Below, in pieces: positions 59,532 through 64,000 of a DNA stretch of 64,000 bases (its first letter is position 1; each line of letters starts with the position of its first letter). The notes beneath the pieces were generated by a model. The model was not told the DNA's origin. It saw nothing but the letters and a program-made list of their open reading frames with translations, and did no database searches. The DNA is from a bacterium. GTDB lineage: Bacteria > Electryoneota > Electryoneia > Electryoneales > Electryoneaceae. The DNA lies in contig OY769902.1 in NCBI GenBank assembly GCA_963669175.1, forward strand, positions 3,072,001 through 3,136,000, written 5' to 3'. The position numbers and the translations under genes were made by a program.

Positions 59532-60983
59532 TCATGCAGCTTCGGCCTGTTTCTTCTTCCTGCTTTCCACGTCCAGCCATTTGCGTCCAAGGAACAAAGT
59601 GATCGGGCTGATCATGGTGCTTACGCCAACAATGATCCACATCAGCTCGGTATTTCGAGCGCCGGTTTCAGGACAAAGGTTGTACAATAATATGCCTGTT
59701 GCCGGTCCGGCTGCCACCTTGGCGAAGAACATCGGCGCCTTGGAGTAGGCCATATAGCTCGACTCCTTTCCTTCAGGCGCGATATTCGCCGTGTAGTCGT
59801 AGATCTTCGGTGAATAGATCGCTTCGCCGATGGACAGGACGACCTGGAAAAGTACGATCATCATAATCGATTCACCGAATCCCATGAAGAACACAGACCC
59901 GGCTGAGACCGCTGCGCCCAACATGATCACATTGTACCCCTTCATATTGCGGGTGATGGCGGTCATGATCGGGACCAGGAAGATGACAATGGCCGGGTTG
60001 ATAGAGTACAGTTTTCCGGTCCAGTTCTTCAGGCCGATCCTCTCCATATAAAGAGGATACAGCGAATGGTTATACTGGAAGATCATTTTTACCAGAACCA
60101 GCAGGAAAATGAAAGTGATGAATATCCAGAATGTCTTTTCGCTGGCAACTTCTTTCATTATCTGGAACGCTGACTTGTGTTCTTCCTGCTTTTCCGGTTT
60201 AGGTTTGGCTTCCTTCTTCTCTGTGGTCTTGTCATTCACCTCGTCTTCTTTGAATGCTTCCTTCGGAATCTTGTTACGGACAAAGAAGGTGACCAGCACA
60301 AGCGAGACTACGGTTGATAACACTGCTACCAGGAAGATGATCTGTGTGGGACGCACCACCAGGTCCATGCCCAGGAAAGAGAAGTTGTAGATAGTCGTAA
60401 AGGTTTCACGTAACCAGTCCAGGCTGAGTCCCGCCAGCAGGCTGCCTACATTCATCACGACATAATACCATGAGAAAGCGTATTTCTGAGCTTTTTTCGT
60501 GGAGAATAACTTCACCGCGGCGGCGATCAACGGGATCATGTAGGCAAAACCCACGGATAAAACAAACAATCCCGGATAGATGAGGTATGGCGACGTGGTA
60601 AAGGTGATCAGCAGACGTCCGACCAGGGCGATAACCAACCCGACCAGCAACGCTTTCTTGATCCCCAAGCTGTCCGCAATGAACCCGACAAACAGCATGA
60701 AGAAGCTCATCGAAGCGGAGAAGATGCCGAAAATGGTTCCGGCTGTGACATCATCAAGCCCCATGTCCTGCGTAAGGAAAGCCATCAGGACCAGCACGGA
60801 GGAGAAGTAACAGACACTCTCCAGCACCTTGATGGCAAAGGCGATCCAGATCTCACGCGGGCATGATCCCAGGTTAATCAGACCTTGCCAGTAATCAACA
60901 GCAGTTTCAATGGGGAAACGTAAAACAGTCGGCAGGTGAGAATACTTGCTTGCACCCTGTGCGGCTGCGGCCATCGGCAACAC
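59532..60983 (-). CDS. MFS transporter (POT/PTR-like); start uncertain
   Basis: ~12 TM, GFIADSLG.KK, FS.YY..MNVG, SINP, SIGEA..SP. Confidence 0.8.
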   Translation of the reverse strand: MLPMAAAAQGASKYSHLPTVLRFPIETAVDYWQGLINLGSCPREIWIAFAIKVLESVCYFSSVLVLMAFLTQDMGLDDVTAGTIFGIFSASMSFFMLFVGFIADSLGIKKALLVGLVIALVGRLLITFTTSPYLIYPGLFVLSVGFAYMIPLIAAAVKLFSTKKAQKYAFSWYYVVMNVGSLLAGLSLDWLRETFTTIYNFSFLGMDLVVRPTQIIFLVAVLSTVVSLVLVTFFVRNKIPKEAFKEDEVNDKTTEKKEAKPKPEKQEEHKSAFQIMKEVASEKTFWIFITFIFLLVLVKMIFQYNHSLYPLYMERIGLKNWTGKLYSINPAIVIFLVPIMTAITRNMKGYNVIMLGAAVSAGSVFFMGFGESIMMIVLFQVVLSIGEAIYSPKIYDYTANIAPEGKESSYMAYSKAPMFFAKVAAGPATGILLYNLCPETGARNTELMWIIVGVSTMISPITLFLGRKWLDVESRKKKQAEAA

Positions 60984-61202
60984 CTTTCGTTAAAATGGAG
61001 ATGGTCGAATCAGTCACCTAAGATGAATCGCAGGGCTTTCTTTGTCAAGAGAGGGGGGACTCGTGGGTCAGAAAATGAATTTGGTAGATTAGCCAGGCAT
61101 TCATACAGTATAATCGTTGGTGAAAATGATGTAAGTATTTAGTAATAATATGGTAGGGGGGGAGATGTTCAAAAAATGAGAAAAGAGTCCGGAGTCAGGA
61201 TC

Positions 61203-61231
61203 TTGCTTGTGACCTTCCGTTTTTTTATCTT
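61203..61231 (+). promoter_or_regulatory. Sigma70-like promoter TTGCTT-N17-TATCTT
   Basis: Predicted start (~61237) coincides with the first hairpin of the structured region. Confidence 0.4.
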
Positions 61232-61235
61232 CCCC

Positions 61236-61885
61236 TTCGCCCAATTCCCGGGCGAAACGAAGAACAGCCACCGATAAAGTAGGATGGCCTTCCAGAGTTG
61301 CAATGTTTTCCCGTAGAAAACCACTTGCAAACCCAGCCCTTTAAGGCTTGTTCGAAACCCGAAAAAGCCTAAGGGATTCCCTTATCGACAGAGTGGGATA
61401 GCGTTAGCTCTGTCCGTTTCTCGTGATTCCATTAACAAAAGAATATATCAAGGATTAACGTCCTTTAAATCCTTGCGGCTGATATCAGGGAATCCCGTAT
61501 ATGGTGAACTGTATTCGGGTTATGTCAATGAGTTACGAGAGCACTGCGAGCACGAAGGCTATCTCTCGGAAGGAATAGACCTTATATTTATCTCCAGACG
61601 CCCAGCAGGGCATGAGAGATTGACAATTCGGAAGCAGGCGTGGCCGCCGGAAAATCGCTGTGAGCGTTTCCCGGTAAGCCGCGCCGCCGTAGTTAAGAGA
61701 GCCCCATGCGTTATTTTTCACAAATTGGGTTTCGGGGCTCGGTTACGGTTCCGGTGGCTTGCGGCACACGATGAAAAGCGGACGAGAAACATTGTGATAG
61801 GACCGTGTACCTGAAAAACACGGACCACTTGATAGATGCCTGGAAACAACATCTGACCGGCCGGGGAAAATCCTGCGGCCACCCA
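61236..61885 (+). ncRNA. Candidate long structured leader/ncRNA upstream of gdhA
   Basis: About ten successive stem-loops, no credible ORF; no family recognised. Confidence 0.35.
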
Positions 61886-61901
61886 ACGGAAGGAGTCATT
61901 C

Positions 61902-63263
61902 ATGGGCAGTTTCGTCAACGAAATCATGGAAATCGTGAAGGCCAAAGATCCGGCACAGCCCGAATTCCATCAAGCAGTCCAGGAAGTAGTCGAGTCTCTC
62001 GAACTCGTCATGGAGAAGCACTCGATTTATCGTCAGATGAAAGTCATGGAACGGATCATTGAGCCGGAACGTGCGTTCCAGTTCCGTGTACCGTGGGTTG
62101 ACGACGCTGGTGACATCCAGGTCAACCGTGGCTTCCGCGTTGAAATGAATAGCGCGATTGGTCCGTACAAGGGCGGTCTTCGTTTCCACCCGTCGGTCAA
62201 TCTCGGCATCCTCAAGTTCCTCGCCTTTGAACAGGTCTTCAAGAACAGCCTGACCACACTTCCGATGGGTGGTGGTAAGGGTGGTTCAGACTTTGATCCC
62301 AAGGGCAAGAGCGATATCGAAGTGATGCGTTTTACCCAGAGCTTCATGAGCGAACTGTTCCGTCACATCGGCCCGAACACCGACGTCCCGGCTGGCGACA
62401 TCGGCGTTGGCGGTCGTGAGATCGGTTTCATGTACGGCCAGTACAAAAAGCTCCGCAATGAGTTCACCGGTGTTCTGACCGGGAAGGGCCTGAACTGGGG
62501 CGGCAGCCTGATTCGTCCGGAAGCTACCGGTTACGGTGCAGTATACTTTGCAGCGAACATGCTGGCGACCCGCAACGAGACCCTGGAAGGCAAGACCTGC
62601 CTCGTCTCCGGCGCCGGTAACGTCTATCAGTACACCACAGAGAAGATTCTTGACCTCGGCGGCAAGGTTGTCACCGTTTCCGATAGCGGCGGCTACGTCT
62701 TTGACGGCGATGGCATCGACCGTGAAAAGCTGGCGTTCATCATGGAACTGAAGAACGTGAAGCGCGGCCGTATTTCCGAATACGCCGAAAAGTACCCGAG
62801 TGCTCAGTACTTCCCGGTGGATTCCGCTCTCGATCACAACCCGCTGTGGGATCACAAAGCCGACTGCGCGTTCCCGAGCGCAACCCAGAACGAAATCAAC
62901 GCGAAGGACGCTGCGAATCTGCTGAAGAACGGTGTCTACGTTGTTTCTGAAGGCGCGAACATGCCGACCGTCCCGGATGGTGTCGAGCAGTTCGTCAAGG
63001 CCGGTATCCTGTACGGCCCGGGCAAGGCTGCCAATGCTGGTGGTGTGGCAGTTTCCGGTCTGGAAATGAGCCAGAACAGCCTGCGCTTGAGCTGGACACG
63101 TGAAGAAGTCGACAACCGTCTCGCCGGCATCATGAAGAGCATCCATGACAACAGCGCCGCGGCCGCCGAAGAATATGGCACGCCCGGCAACTATGTCAAT
63201 GGCGCCAACATCGCCGGCTTCCTGAAGGTCGCCGACTCCATGCTGGATCAGGGTGTTGTCTGA
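61902..63263 (+). CDS. gdhA: NADP-specific glutamate dehydrogenase
   Basis: GPYKGGLRFHPSV, MGGGKGGSDFDP, DVPAGDIGVG, RPEATGYG. Confidence 0.96.
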   Translation: MGSFVNEIMEIVKAKDPAQPEFHQAVQEVVESLELVMEKHSIYRQMKVMERIIEPERAFQFRVPWVDDAGDIQVNRGFRVEMNSAIGPYKGGLRFHPSVNLGILKFLAFEQVFKNSLTTLPMGGGKGGSDFDPKGKSDIEVMRFTQSFMSELFRHIGPNTDVPAGDIGVGGREIGFMYGQYKKLRNEFTGVLTGKGLNWGGSLIRPEATGYGAVYFAANMLATRNETLEGKTCLVSGAGNVYQYTTEKILDLGGKVVTVSDSGGYVFDGDGIDREKLAFIMELKNVKRGRISEYAEKYPSAQYFPVDSALDHNPLWDHKADCAFPSATQNEINAKDAANLLKNGVYVVSEGANMPTVPDGVEQFVKAGILYGPGKAANAGGVAVSGLEMSQNSLRLSWTREEVDNRLAGIMKSIHDNSAAAAEEYGTPGNYVNGANIAGFLKVADSMLDQGVV

Positions 63264-63287
63264 TCCTTGCTGTACCTGACAGATTCT

Positions 63288-63320
63288 ACGCGGGGCGGGG
63301 TTTTCCGTCCCGCGTTTTTT
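63288..63320 (+). terminator. gdhA terminator
   Basis: ACGCGGGGCGG / CCGTCCCGCGT plus T run. Confidence 0.8.
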
Positions 63321-63505
63321 GATCAGAAGTACAATTGCTTTTGCTCAGAAAGTCTGTCGTAGACGTACGCACGGAGGTTGTTCAACAGCAGAAAATGCTT
63401 GCTGTAACATTGCATTGTGTCGCATCTTTATTGATGCTCGAACATTCAGAATACCTGTAGCCATAATACGGGGGGATCATGCCAGGCGGTGATCAGAGCA
63501 GTAAG

Positions 63506-64000
63506 ATGGAACTGAACTTCAGCGACATTGCCAGTCCGATTCGTGGATTCCAGAACCTGATGCGGAATCGTGTCCACGAGATCCTCCTCGTATCCAGCCT
63601 GTATGATTCTTTCATCCTGTCCCAGGATGGGCATTTGAATGTGATGATGATCGGTGAATTCACCGACATGAACCTGTATCACACTCCGAACCTGACCCGT
63701 GTTTCCAGCAGTGCGGAAGCCTTGGAAGCGGTTCATTACGGGCCACGTTTTAACCTGATTATTACCACCTCCAATATTGGTGAAATGCACGGGCTTGAAT
63801 TCGCACGGACCTTAAAAGCTGAGAACCGTCGTGTGCCTATAGTGCTACTGGCTTATGACCAGCAGGAAGTCAATGAGTTGATTGAACGGTATGATACGTC
63901 GGCTTTGGATCACATTTTCCTCTGGCAGGGTGATTTTACGGCTTTACTGGCTATCGTAAAACTGGCCGAGGATAAGAAGAATGTGGACCATGACACGCAT
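63506..64000 (+). CDS. Partial PEP/pyruvate-binding-domain protein with N-terminal receiver-like domain (runs off the window)
   Basis: Own translation: MELNFSD...FQNLMRNRVHEILLVSSLYDSFIL; this family is commonly adjacent to gdhA. Confidence 0.75.
   Translation, partial: MELNFSDIASPIRGFQNLMRNRVHEILLVSSLYDSFILSQDGHLNVMMIGEFTDMNLYHTPNLTRVSSSAEALEAVHYGPRFNLIITTSNIGEMHGLEFARTLKAENRRVPIVLLAYDQQEVNELIERYDTSALDHIFLWQGDFTALLAIVKLAEDKKNVDHDTH

Noticed and set aside
61473-61814. 113-aa ORF and other short ORFs upstream of gdhA
   Set aside because: No clear RBS or motif and atypical composition; treated as non-coding

Overview
Bacterial chromosomal window; the gene content suggests an FCB-superphylum organism (short Bacteroidota-type NuoG, PNPFN-type C-terminal sorting domain, TonB receptor), which is an inference. 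In order: AmmeMemoRadiSam radical SAM, lipoprotein/OM barrel/TPR, rpiB, glyA, a complete rnfCDGEA-B cluster followed by a complete nuoA-N operon, a surface-polysaccharide cluster, asnB-like amidotransferase, NTT-HEAT transporter plus cNMP protein, tRNA-Asp, rocD, glgP, purL, FG-GAP protein, TonB receptor, MFS, gdhA and a partial PEP/pyruvate-binding protein. The unusual signal is intergenic. (1) An AT-rich GxxExxY PD-(D/E)xK gene sits between nuoH and nuoI inside ~42-bp inverted arms built from periodic AGGAT units. An empty copy of the cassette follows nuoI, orphan arms flank glyA, and other short-period arrays follow stop codons, suggesting operon-internal mobile 'intervening' cassettes. (2) A nested element: a six-hairpin REP-like unit inside an IS50/Tn5-end-like MITE (10-bp target duplication) inside another six-hairpin unit, with an uninterrupted copy at 56.3 kb. 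(3) A hairpin-dense ~660-nt region upstream of gdhA. (4) Several further palindromic repeat families. No CRISPR array, rRNA, integrase or transposase gene was seen. All calls are by eye; no searches were run.
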